Positions 1-8,730 of a DNA stretch of 62,294 nt are shown here, in pieces. A program made the translations under genes and the position numbers. The stretch is from a virus (taxonomy: Duplodnaviria; Caudoviricetes). The notes beneath the pieces are model-generated. The model was not told where the DNA came from, did no database searches, and was given only the letters and a program-made list of their open reading frames with translations. The DNA is taken from the IMG/VR virus record IMGVR_UViG_3300036790_000128, positions 1-62,294 of that record. One strand, 5' to 3'. How positions within the stretch are numbered: position 1 is the first letter of the stretch; each line of letters begins with the position of its first letter.

Positions 1-195
1 GGCGACGACAAGATGACCTGATAGTTCGATCCATCCGAAATAATCTGCGCCGCCTGTCCGGGCAATACGGTCAATGTCGCCGCGCCATTGATCGCAGCGG
101 CAGCCGTCAATGACGCGCCGGATGATGTCGTGGCCTGACTGGTGACATACACGCCAGCGCCGCCCGGCGTCCCGGAACTCTGACTGACGATGGTT
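1..195. repeat. Terminal direct repeat (assembly overlap), copy 1
   Basis: 1-195 identical to 62100-62294 except C68 vs A62167. Confidence 0.95.
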
Positions 196-869
196 GTACT
201 CGCGGGGACGCCTGTTCCAGTTACCAGAAAGCCTGACGCAATAGTGCCGGTCACGCCCGTCACAGTCAGATTGGTGCCGCTGCCGGTTCCCGTAAAGGAT
301 GCGCCAGTCGGCGTGACTGTAATCGTCCCTGTGCCGATGTCGCTGACCGTCGCGCTCCATGTCTGATAGGATGCATTGGTCGCGGGAGACGGCAGGCTGA
401 CTGCTATCGCCGAGGAATTATTGAACGTCACCAGCTTGCAGTTGTCGGATGGCTGCAGCGTGTAGCTTGTCCCGGTCTGCGGATTGACCGTAATGCTCAG
501 GCATTGGCCGCCCCCGCCTCCGTTACCGACACCATAGACCGGATCGGCAGCCCATATCTGATTGTTCGATGCATCGGTCAGAACGATCTTGTAGTTTCCC
601 GAAAGGAAAATAGCGGGAAACACGCCGGCCGCATTCGCCTGGACTGGATTGGAATTAGGTGTCGTCAACAGCGGGTTGCTGTAGGTGGCGAGCGGGATAT
701 TGGTCCCGGATGAATAGAAATAAAGTAGCGCGCCGGGGATTGGTGTTCCGGTTCCATCCACCACGGTCTGATAGGGCAGCACGAAGCGCGGCCCGAGCGG
801 CACGCTCTGTGCCAGCGCAGGGAGGGCCGCAATCAGGAATAACGTGATCGCAACGAGGAATTTCTTCAT
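1..869 (-). CDS. 5' part of tail fibre/tailspike gene (continues across the circular junction to 59246)
   Basis: ATG at 869 is in frame with ORF 59246..62251 through the terminal repeat; reads MKKFLVAITLFLIAALPALAQS...DGTGTPIPGALLYFYSSGTNIPLATYSNP...NPVQANAAG, a head-binding-like N-terminal domain; joined product about 1240 aa. Confidence 0.8.
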   Translation of the reverse strand, partial: MKKFLVAITLFLIAALPALAQSVPLGPRFVLPYQTVVDGTGTPIPGALLYFYSSGTNIPLATYSNPLLTTPNSNPVQANAAGVFPAIFLSGNYKIVLTDASNNQIWAADPVYGVGNGGGGGQCLSITVNPQTGTSYTLQPSDNCKLVTFNNSSAIAVSLPSPATNASYQTWSATVSDIGTGTITVTPTGASFTGTGSGTNLTVTGVTGTIASGFLVTGTGVPASTTIVSQSSGTPGGAGVYVTSQATTSSGASLTAAAAINGAATLTVLPGQAAQIISDGSNYQVILSS

Positions 870-972
870 CAACAGCCCGCCTTCATGGTCCACTTGACCT
901 GATTCGCCCGCTTTGGTCTAATCACCCTTCATGCGCCGATTTGCCTTTTTATGCCTATGCACAGCCATTTGC

Positions 973-3021
973 CTATTGGGCTGGTGGCCGTGGAACGTTT
1001 TGCTGCTGTGGGCTTGCATTGGCGGTCCCCGGTCCTTGGGCCGCAAGTTCCTGTATCTTGCCGATAAGGGGCGTGAGCGTGCCCTGCAGGTTTGCAGTCG
1101 CGGTCACGGCGGCGCGTTGCAATAGCGGATTCTTGGGGGCTGCGGCGGCGGCAGATTGTGCCTTGGACCACCTGTCCCACTGTTGCGCTACCAACGGAAG
1201 TTGTTTCGCCACCCGGTTCTGAGCGGCGCGCACTGCCACCTTTTCAGCTTGACTGCCGACCGTAAGGCCGCCCAACTCACCCACCAACGGCATTTCCGGC
1301 ACGAGCGCACGCCCAATCAGTGCCCCCGCAACGGCGGCGACGCGGTTTGCGACCGTGAGCATGACTTTGCCAAAGGACGGCCCGGACGGGAAATAGGTTC
1401 CAGGCGGCATTGTGATCTTGCGCATGAGATCGGCGTAACGCTGCAACATCTGCCGTTCCTGGAGCGAATAGACCGATTGCGATAGTTCGGCACCGTCGCC
1501 GTTGAGAAATTTGTTCAGGCGATTTGCGATCTGTCCAGTTCCCCAATCCGTCACGCCTTGCGGCTTTTCCACCAGACGGCGGAACAATCCTTGTTTGACT
1601 GCAGACCATTCCGGAGATTGCGGCCCAAGCACTTCACGAACGCGGTTGGCAACGCCGACATTGAGCGAGCCAGGATTGACGCCCTGCGCACCATAGAGAT
1701 AATCGGCCACATCATTGGGGATGGCTGGATCAACGGGCAACTTACCGCCGCCATTCGCTCCGATGATTTTCTCAACTGTACGCCCCACCGGATCGCCTTT
1801 TCGAGCTGTGAATGTCCCTCGATAATCCCGATAGGCTGCTCGCGCATCATTCCACGCCTGGATCGCGCGAGGATCGCCCGTGAACTGACCTCCATTGATT
1901 GCATCGTCAATCCGACGATCAAAGGCATCCAATACTGCTTGAGCTGCACGGCCATCGGCGGCGTTGCCGCTCGAATAGGCCCCACGCGTGAAGGCAGAAA
2001 GGCGCTTGCGCATCTGATCGACACCTTGAAGATTGATGCCAGCGATATCTCCTTGGCTGGGCTGGCCGAAAGGTGACGCGCGATTCTGGATTTTGAGTTG
2101 TGACACCCCGTTGTCGATATCCTGGATGGCCTGCGAGGCAAATGGCGTGAGCTTGTCGTCGATGATGAAAGGGTTATCGCGCAGCGAAAGATCGCCCTTG
2201 ATGCCCTGGCCCATATTTGAAAAGGCATCAGCGTGGATTTCTCCGGGAAGCGACTTCGCAAGATCATATGCGCCCTTGACTGCGGCTTTCCCTGCCGCCG
2301 CTGCGCCCTGCATTCCCGCCGAAACGACAGCACCGGCCTGTTGCGGATTCTCCGCAATCTCCTGTCCGAACTGATCGAGGCTTTGGCTGATTCCGGTCTT
2401 TGCCGCCGCTAATTGGGATTCCCGCTGTGCCATCCACGCTTCGGTGCCGGGACCGGCTCCGCGGATTGCATTCTGTTCGGCTTGGCGTTGCGCAAGATTT
2501 CCAGCGCGCTCGCCCGCGCTGAGTGTCACGCCGAAGTCGTCTGCCACAGGCATCTTGGCAATGGGAGCTACGCCCTTTGGGACAGGCAAAGCAAACCCGG
2601 CGCCGATGTCGGCTGCCGTTCCGAGAAGCGGCATCCCGGTTGCATTGGCAACAGGTGCCCCGACGAAGCTATGAATCGGCGCGCTGATCGGAGCACCAAT
2701 ATATCCGACGGTCCCCAAGCCGAGATTTCCGATGCCTTTGAGCACGGTTAATGGATCGCCGGTTTCGATCTGACTGACGCCGCGGCCCATCTGCCCCCAT
2801 GCCTGATCGACCATTTGCGAGTAGTTGGTCAGTGGATTGACAGATTCGTATTCCGGCGATGCTGGGGGCACAGCCTCGTCAAACTTGTCGAAGGGATTTC
2901 CCGATGCCGCTGGAGGCGGTGCTGTCGCTGTAGGCGGCGTCCACTGCGCAGTGGGCGTGACCGTGACCTGCGGTTTTGCCGGTGCAGAAGGAGCGTCGAA
3001 CTGGTCGAAGGCATTTGCCAT
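973..3021 (-). CDS. Putative internal virion/ejection protein
   Basis: 682 aa, Ala/Gly/Gln-rich, NPFDxFD motifs, last gene of the ejection-protein block. Confidence 0.6.
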   Translation of the reverse strand: MANAFDQFDAPSAPAKPQVTVTPTAQWTPPTATAPPPAASGNPFDKFDEAVPPASPEYESVNPLTNYSQMVDQAWGQMGRGVSQIETGDPLTVLKGIGNLGLGTVGYIGAPISAPIHSFVGAPVANATGMPLLGTAADIGAGFALPVPKGVAPIAKMPVADDFGVTLSAGERAGNLAQRQAEQNAIRGAGPGTEAWMAQRESQLAAAKTGISQSLDQFGQEIAENPQQAGAVVSAGMQGAAAAGKAAVKGAYDLAKSLPGEIHADAFSNMGQGIKGDLSLRDNPFIIDDKLTPFASQAIQDIDNGVSQLKIQNRASPFGQPSQGDIAGINLQGVDQMRKRLSAFTRGAYSSGNAADGRAAQAVLDAFDRRIDDAINGGQFTGDPRAIQAWNDARAAYRDYRGTFTARKGDPVGRTVEKIIGANGGGKLPVDPAIPNDVADYLYGAQGVNPGSLNVGVANRVREVLGPQSPEWSAVKQGLFRRLVEKPQGVTDWGTGQIANRLNKFLNGDGAELSQSVYSLQERQMLQRYADLMRKITMPPGTYFPSGPSFGKVMLTVANRVAAVAGALIGRALVPEMPLVGELGGLTVGSQAEKVAVRAAQNRVAKQLPLVAQQWDRWSKAQSAAAAAPKNPLLQRAAVTATANLQGTLTPLIGKIQELAAQGPGTANASPQQQNVPRPPAQ

Positions 3022-5286
3022 TTACTTGCCCAGTACGGCGGCGGCAGCGCCAGGACCATACTTCGCATCGAACTGCGCGCCGAGCGTCGGGTTGGATTTC
3101 AGATAGGCGATGGCGCCGGGCGGCGGCGATGCACCTGCAGCGGGATTGCCGGGAACTCCCGTCCCAGCCCTGGATGCTTCGATCTTCGCAAGTTCCGCCT
3201 TTGATTCAGGGATGAGCTTGTCATCAAAATCATTCCGCTTGTGGAACGTGCCGTTATCGTATTGCACTTTGAGATCGCGTAACTGTGCGCCGCCGAGTTC
3301 TTTGTAGCCATCCAACATGCTTACCAATTGAGCCGGCGAGCTGGATTGCGACAGCTTCGCCGCCACGGCCTGCCGCTCCGCTTCGCCACCGCCGCCGGGC
3401 ACGATCGACTTGACGATCTCCTGACCGACAACGTCTTTAAGACCGTCAAAGGTGTTTGGCGCAGCTACGCCAATTTGAGTCTGGAACTTGTTTTTTAGAT
3501 AATTTATGCCACGCACATCGCCATTCTGCAGAGCAGTCGCATAGTCCTGCAAGGTCGTTATGTGCTGGATAGCATTGTTGAAAAATCTGACTTGGTCGCC
3601 TTGGCGCCCTTTTCCGAAGGCCTCTTCCGTCGCTTGTATCATCGGATAAATATCAGAACGATAAGTCGGGTCGTAAGCCGTCAATGCGGCCTGGATTTGG
3701 GTCTTTTGCCGATAGCCAACCTGGCGGGGATCAATGCTGTAATCGGCAAGACCCTTGAGCAGCCCGCGATCTTTCGTGGGCAACGTAAGCAAGAATCCTT
3801 CATTGCGTCCCGTCGCCGGATCGATCCCGGTTTTGGGATCGGTTCCAGGAGGTAATTGCGCGGGATCGAAACCTTGCGGCGATCCAGCCCCGGCCGAGGC
3901 GCCGACCGGGTCGTTGCCGACCTGCCGCGCAATCCTTTGCGCATAACCGCCGGCCGTTTGCCCGGCCATATCGGGATTGGCATTGATGACCTTCGGCGGA
4001 AGGATTTTCGCAAGTGGCGTATCTGGTGCGGCGGTTAGGATTTTTTCGGCACCACCCGGTCCGAATCGATGGGCGAGTGCGAGCGTAGCGGTCGTGACCG
4101 GCATTCCGGCCTTACTGAGCGATTCTGCATTCTGCTGCGCATAAGCCTGTGTCATTGCATCGGAAATACCCGGCACCGCACGAAGCGCCAGGATTTGCTT
4201 GTCTGTCATCGTCTTGGCAAGATCGGGCTGCGTCTGTTTGAATGTATCCAGCCAAGTGCTATTGATGAACTGCCCATTGCCCGCCGCAGTCGAATTCGGA
4301 TTGGTGGCCGCAGGATTGCCAGTCCCATTCTCAATTCCCTGGATACGCTTTGACGCATCGGCAAAGCTGACACTACCGCCAGCGGGCGCTTGCGTCGTTG
4401 ACGGCAGCGCATTGATGTCAATGCGCCGATAGCCTCCCGGCGCCGTTGGATCGCGCACGACATAAACATCATTGCCGAGGTCCATGCCGCCCTTTTCAGG
4501 CGTGGCTGGCGTCAGTTGCTTGGCGGCTCCCGAGCCGTAGGGATTGACGGCAAAGAGTGCACCATTGACGTTCTGCACATCTTGTTTGACCAGCGGAGCG
4601 GGTGCGCCAGAGGATGCAGCCCCAACCCTGTTCTGCAAATAAAGTGCACGCTGCTGTGCCGTATTCCACAGATTCGTCAACTGCAGCGGATTGTATTGTC
4701 CGCGCAATGAGGCGGCCTGCGGAAAGCCGGCCTGCACAAGTTGATTGATCGCCCGATCATAGCTCTGCTGATCGCGCACCGTCGAAAGCGCGCCAAGAAA
4801 CATATTGGTCCGCTGCAGGCTTTGCGCCAATTGCTGCGGCGTATAGCTCTGATATTGCCGATCGAGCATGTCGGCCGGCTGCGCCGCCGGCGGCGCACCC
4901 GTAACCGGCGTGCCTCCAGTGGGAGCAGCGGCACCTTGTCCACCACCGCCCGCATAGGCTCCAAACAAACGCTGCTGCAAGAGCGGTGTATAGCGGCCGA
5001 TGAATTGGCCGGCTTCGGGCGCACCCTTATCGACGGCTTCACGCATCGCCGTGTCCCAAGAATCTGCATCGAGCGCGTGGGCTGCGGCATTGGCGATCAA
5101 CTGATTGCGAAACGTAATATCCTGTCCGGAATTCTGCCGGTTGAGCATTTGCAGTTGTGTCTGCGCGGTCTGTTGTTGTGTTTGGCCGGTCTGATAAGTC
5201 TGCGCTTGCGCCAGCGGCGCGAGCGGGCTGATCGGCGCCTGTAGCGGCAGCGTTTTGACATCGAGCGCGACGGATTGATCGGCCAC
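3022..5286 (-). CDS. Ejection protein with lytic transglycosylase/lysozyme-like domain
   Basis: IENGTGNPAATNPNSTAAGNGQFINSTW...LAHRFGPGGA motif within a 754-aa protein; position after the gp7-like gene. Confidence 0.7.
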   Translation of the reverse strand: MADQSVALDVKTLPLQAPISPLAPLAQAQTYQTGQTQQQTAQTQLQMLNRQNSGQDITFRNQLIANAAAHALDADSWDTAMREAVDKGAPEAGQFIGRYTPLLQQRLFGAYAGGGGQGAAAPTGGTPVTGAPPAAQPADMLDRQYQSYTPQQLAQSLQRTNMFLGALSTVRDQQSYDRAINQLVQAGFPQAASLRGQYNPLQLTNLWNTAQQRALYLQNRVGAASSGAPAPLVKQDVQNVNGALFAVNPYGSGAAKQLTPATPEKGGMDLGNDVYVVRDPTAPGGYRRIDINALPSTTQAPAGGSVSFADASKRIQGIENGTGNPAATNPNSTAAGNGQFINSTWLDTFKQTQPDLAKTMTDKQILALRAVPGISDAMTQAYAQQNAESLSKAGMPVTTATLALAHRFGPGGAEKILTAAPDTPLAKILPPKVINANPDMAGQTAGGYAQRIARQVGNDPVGASAGAGSPQGFDPAQLPPGTDPKTGIDPATGRNEGFLLTLPTKDRGLLKGLADYSIDPRQVGYRQKTQIQAALTAYDPTYRSDIYPMIQATEEAFGKGRQGDQVRFFNNAIQHITTLQDYATALQNGDVRGINYLKNKFQTQIGVAAPNTFDGLKDVVGQEIVKSIVPGGGGEAERQAVAAKLSQSSSPAQLVSMLDGYKELGGAQLRDLKVQYDNGTFHKRNDFDDKLIPESKAELAKIEASRAGTGVPGNPAAGASPPPGAIAYLKSNPTLGAQFDAKYGPGAAAAVLGK

Positions 5287-5292
5287 GGCGGA

Positions 5293-5520
5293 TTATCCTT
5301 CCGGCGGCGAAGGCGGCGGCGTCAGTGGCGCACTATCGCCTTGCGGCAATCCCATCGCCCCGGCAAATGCCTGATCTGGAACTACGGCAGCCGATGGCGG
5401 GTTGAACGCCGTCTTGCCTTGACCAAATGCCGTCTTGACGGCGCGATGCGGCAGGCGCAGCGGCTTGGCGTGTTGTGAAGCGCCGATGCCGGGACCAAGC
5501 TTTGGGATTTTCATTTTCAT
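5293..5520 (-). CDS. Hypothetical protein
   Basis: 75-aa ORF filling the gap in the operon. Confidence 0.55.
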   Translation of the reverse strand: MKMKIPKLGPGIGASQHAKPLRLPHRAVKTAFGQGKTAFNPPSAAVVPDQAFAGAMGLPQGDSAPLTPPPSPPEG

Positions 5521-5528
5521 GGTCTAGC

Positions 5529-6278
5529 CTATCCGTAAGCGCCGACGGAGCTACCACCAATAGCACCACCAGCAGCGCCACCTGAGCCGCCGCCCTGATT
5601 CTGCAGCGCATAAGCCAACAGCGCGCTTTGCAGCCCCGAATTCACCCCCGTCGAGATGCCGCCCGTGAGTGCATTGGCCGATCCCACGATACCCGAGGCC
5701 GCTGCCTGCCCTGCCGCGAGTTGCGAATTGGCCACGCTTGATCCCGTACTGGCTCCGATATTTCCGGTAGTAGCAGCCGCGTTCTCACCGAGTCCTGCCA
5801 GCGAATTCAACTGCGACACATACGGATTCCACGCATTCGTCATCGCAAAATTCTGGCCGTATTGCTGTGCGGCCGTCAGTTGGTTCCCCGAGAGATAGGT
5901 TCCTTGCGCAGCCCCTTGCGCACCGAGCGCATTGAGTCCCTGCCCGTAGGCGAACTGATAGCCAGGATAATTCGTTAGGGCGGATGTGGCCGCCCCCGCT
6001 GATGCCTGCGAAGGACCGCCGCTGCCGCCAGGTCCAAGACCAAACAACGACGCGAGTTGCGACAGCGCGCTTTGACCAGCGGTATTGTAGGGCGCGAGAT
6101 TCGATTGCGTCTGATTGAAGATGCCGAGCTGTGTGTTGGTCGCGTTGTTGGCGGCGGCTACTTCTGCTGCAGAAGCATTGCTTGCGGCATTCGAGCCAAT
6201 GACCGACGAGGCAATAGAGCCGCCGACGCCCAGTGCGCCTGCCCCAAGAAGCGCAGTAGGAAGCGTAATGCTAGGCAT
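5529..6278 (-). CDS. P22 gp7-like DNA transfer/pilot protein
   Basis: Gly/Ala/Ser-rich hydrophobic N-terminus; NLAPYNTAGQSAL and PGYQFAYGQG motifs typical of this family. Confidence 0.7.
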   Translation of the reverse strand: MPSITLPTALLGAGALGVGGSIASSVIGSNAASNASAAEVAAANNATNTQLGIFNQTQSNLAPYNTAGQSALSQLASLFGLGPGGSGGPSQASAGAATSALTNYPGYQFAYGQGLNALGAQGAAQGTYLSGNQLTAAQQYGQNFAMTNAWNPYVSQLNSLAGLGENAAATTGNIGASTGSSVANSQLAAGQAAASGIVGSANALTGGISTGVNSGLQSALLAYALQNQGGGSGGAAGGAIGGSSVGAYG

Positions 6279-7320
6279 GTTGCGGCTCCCCGAGCCAGAG
6301 CGAATAGGTCCGCTGTGTTTCTATCGCTCCCCGCCGGCGGAAGAACGCTCCGAGCTTGGCACCGCGACCATTGAGCCTGTGATGCGGAAAGGCGCACTTG
6401 ACGCCGATGGTTTTCAGGTCGGTAATCGAGGCGTCAAACAGTTTCGGCCCCAGCAGCAAGTGGGCATATTCCGGCTTGACGAACCACGGCCCGTGATCCG
6501 CTTTCCGTATGCCTTTGCTTTCCACGTCGTCGCTGGCCATCCACATACAATAGCCGGCAAGCATTCCGTCCACTCGCGCCGTAGTTATGCGCAGAAAGCC
6601 CTTTTTGTTAACGTTGCGCATTTCCGGTTCGTTGAGATCATAGGGTCGGTTCTGTGCGAGATCGCCTTCGACCTCGTTGAAATGCTCCGCGAACAGGCCA
6701 TCGATTTCCGGCCACAGCGAATCCCAGCCTTCCGATCCAATCACGACCTCGCCATCGCCGCCGATGCGTCGCGCATCACGTTTGAGGTTTTCGATACGAG
6801 GTCGATTATCGGCGAGATATTGCAGGAATGCCGGTACATCGATCTGCACATTGATCTTTGACAGGTGCTTCCACCAGCCGTAATCGAACCGCTGGCCGAG
6901 GCAGAATTCGAACAGGCGCGAGCAGGCCGAGGGGTGCGTCAAATCATCGAACGCCAGGGATAGGACGCCCGGCTCGCGGGAAAGCCGTTCCAGCATGTGA
7001 TCGCGGCCGATCAATTCCGTCAGCAGCGCTGGGGAACCGGGCATAAAGGCGCACAGGCTGTCATAGACTTGCTGCACGGGGCGCCGCACCACGACGATCT
7101 TCGCATCAGGTAACAGCCGCTTGATCGCGCGCCAGCCGATGACGGCCCCGGTTTCGGCCGTACCGATGAACGATCCGCCGAACAGGTCAGCGAATTCCGC
7201 CATCGTGCCGCAGCGGGGCGCGAGATCATGCCCGCAGAACTTCCCGCCGTAAGACAGAAATCGCGCCATCCAAGCGGATCGCGAGCGCGGCAGGGAAAAT
7301 ATGATGAATGGCGCGGCCAC
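6271..7320 (-). CDS. Two-domain protein: sulfotransferase/P-loop-like N-terminus plus GNAT-like C-terminus
   Basis: FIIFSLPRSRSAW N-terminal motif; C-terminal LAGYC...WFVKPEYAHLLLGPKLF...FFRRRG GNAT-like pattern. Confidence 0.55.
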   Translation of the reverse strand: MAAPFIIFSLPRSRSAWMARFLSYGGKFCGHDLAPRCGTMAEFADLFGGSFIGTAETGAVIGWRAIKRLLPDAKIVVVRRPVQQVYDSLCAFMPGSPALLTELIGRDHMLERLSREPGVLSLAFDDLTHPSACSRLFEFCLGQRFDYGWWKHLSKINVQIDVPAFLQYLADNRPRIENLKRDARRIGGDGEVVIGSEGWDSLWPEIDGLFAEHFNEVEGDLAQNRPYDLNEPEMRNVNKKGFLRITTARVDGMLAGYCMWMASDDVESKGIRKADHGPWFVKPEYAHLLLGPKLFDASITDLKTIGVKCAFPHHRLNGRGAKLGAFFRRRGAIETQRTYSLWLGEPQHA

Positions 7321-7434
7321 GGCGCTTCCTGATGTTCTGAGGGGACGCCGTGCCTTCGTCCGATTCGTTTTTTACCATGCCATGCAGGGCCGTGGCAATG
7401 CTTAAGGGCGTTTTAGATTAAGGCTTTCCGTGGT

Positions 7435-7484
7435 TTTGTGTCACGATAGGGCCTTCGTTGGATTGGCGCCGGATGCCGGTCAAC
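7435..7484 (-). repeat. 49-bp dispersed repeat R1 (50-bp variant)
   Basis: Reverse complement GTTGACCGGCATCCGG-CGCCAA-TCCAACGAAGGCCCTATCGTGACACAAA. Confidence 0.9.
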
Positions 7485-7499
7485 GGTCGGTTGTGCCAT

Positions 7500-8129
7500 T
7501 TAGAACGTTAGCGCATCCTGCACCGCAGGTTTCGGCTTTTCGATGAACATGTCGGGCTGCTTTAGGGCGTCGGATATGCGGCGGCAGGCGATGTCGAAAT
7601 ATTTGGGCTCAATCTCGATGCCGATGAACTTGCGGCCGAGCTTCGCGGCAGCGACACCTGTTGTGCCGGAGCCCATGAAGGGATCGAGGATAACCTGACC
7701 GTCGATCATCACCAGAATATCACGCATAACCGAAAGCGGCTTCTGCGTGGGATGATCAACACATTCCGCTTCATATTGAATATAGTTCGGCAAGATCGCC
7801 GCGCGGCGGAAAACACGGCACGTTTTCAGACCGTTGCGCTCAAAAATGCGCTCGTAATGCTGAGAACTGCAACCGTTTGGTTTGTGCCATATGTGGCATC
7901 CCGTCCAGTCCAAAGGAAACGGGTGAACAGCGGACCAAAAGATGAATTGTCGGCACCGTAAGTCACAATCGCCGAGAAAATATATTGTTGTTTGTCTAAA
8001 TCCTTTTTCGATGTCGGGGTATGGCGGATCAGTCACCACCGCATCGACCTTCGGCAGCGTCGGCAATACCTCGCGGCAGTCGCCGCAATACAGTGTCACG
8101 CCATCCGCAAGATGTTCAACTCGGCTCAT
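7500..8129 (-). CDS. DNA N6-adenine/N4-cytosine methyltransferase (beta class)
   Basis: VTDPPY, HPTQKP and LDPFMGSGTTG motifs. Confidence 0.92.
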   Translation of the reverse strand: MSRVEHLADGVTLYCGDCREVLPTLPKVDAVVTDPPYPDIEKGFRQTTIYFLGDCDLRCRQFIFWSAVHPFPLDWTGCHIWHKPNGCSSQHYERIFERNGLKTCRVFRRAAILPNYIQYEAECVDHPTQKPLSVMRDILVMIDGQVILDPFMGSGTTGVAAAKLGRKFIGIEIEPKYFDIACRRISDALKQPDMFIEKPKPAVQDALTF

Positions 8130-8147
8130 CTAGAATCCCTGCCTATC

Positions 8148-8196
8148 GTTGACCGAGTCCGGTGCCAATCCCACGAAGACCCTATCATGACACAAA
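8148..8196 (+). repeat. 49-bp dispersed repeat R2
   Basis: GTTGACCGAGTCCGG-TGCCAA-TCCCACGAAGACCCTATCATGACACAAA. Confidence 0.92.
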
Positions 8197-8208
8197 CCTT
8201 CCTACCAC

Positions 8209-8730
8209 TCAAAACACCGGATACCCATAGAGATAGAAATTACCCAATGCTGCTCCACCCTGCGGGGTTCCCACGTTGAGGTAGAGCGTGCTGAAATTCC
8301 ATATCACCGAGGTATCGGGTGTCAGCACGTCTGTCGTCGCACCGGAAACAACAAAGCCGGTCCCGGTAATTCCCGAGAGAGCCGTTTGCGGTGCCAATGC
8401 CGTTCCCTGCTGAAAGGGGTACGTATAGATTCCGGCCCGAGCCGTATTAAAGCTACCCTGTGTACCAAACACCATCGCCAACGAGACCCGCCATCCGATT
8501 GCCCCAGAGGGCAGCGCCAGAGATATCTGCGTATCCCCAGCCACATTGAAATTGACGTTATCGCTATAGCCGAGCAACAAGAGGCCCGGCGTGATGCCGC
8601 CAAGCCCGAACGCCGCCGTCCAGATTTGCTGCAACAGCGCCAATGAGGCCGGCGTAAGCGTCAGTATCTGCGGATTGAGGAATGGCGCCTGCCCGATCGG
8701 CGGCAGAACGGGAATCTTGGGACCGGCCAT
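8209..8730 (-). CDS. Putative tail/virion protein
   Basis: 173 aa, abuts the gp10-like gene. Confidence 0.55.
   Translation of the reverse strand: MAGPKIPVLPPIGQAPFLNPQILTLTPASLALLQQIWTAAFGLGGITPGLLLLGYSDNVNFNVAGDTQISLALPSGAIGWRVSLAMVFGTQGSFNTARAGIYTYPFQQGTALAPQTALSGITGTGFVVSGATTDVLTPDTSVIWNFSTLYLNVGTPQGGAALGNFYLYGYPVF

Noticed and set aside
7400-7422. CtrA box
   Set aside because: TTAA-N7-TTAG is only a partial match in a short AT-rich patch.
7435-8196. 49-bp repeats as ends of the resident IS1595
   Set aside because: No similarity to the CATGCCTATC TIR, and no 8-bp TSD around the pairs I checked.
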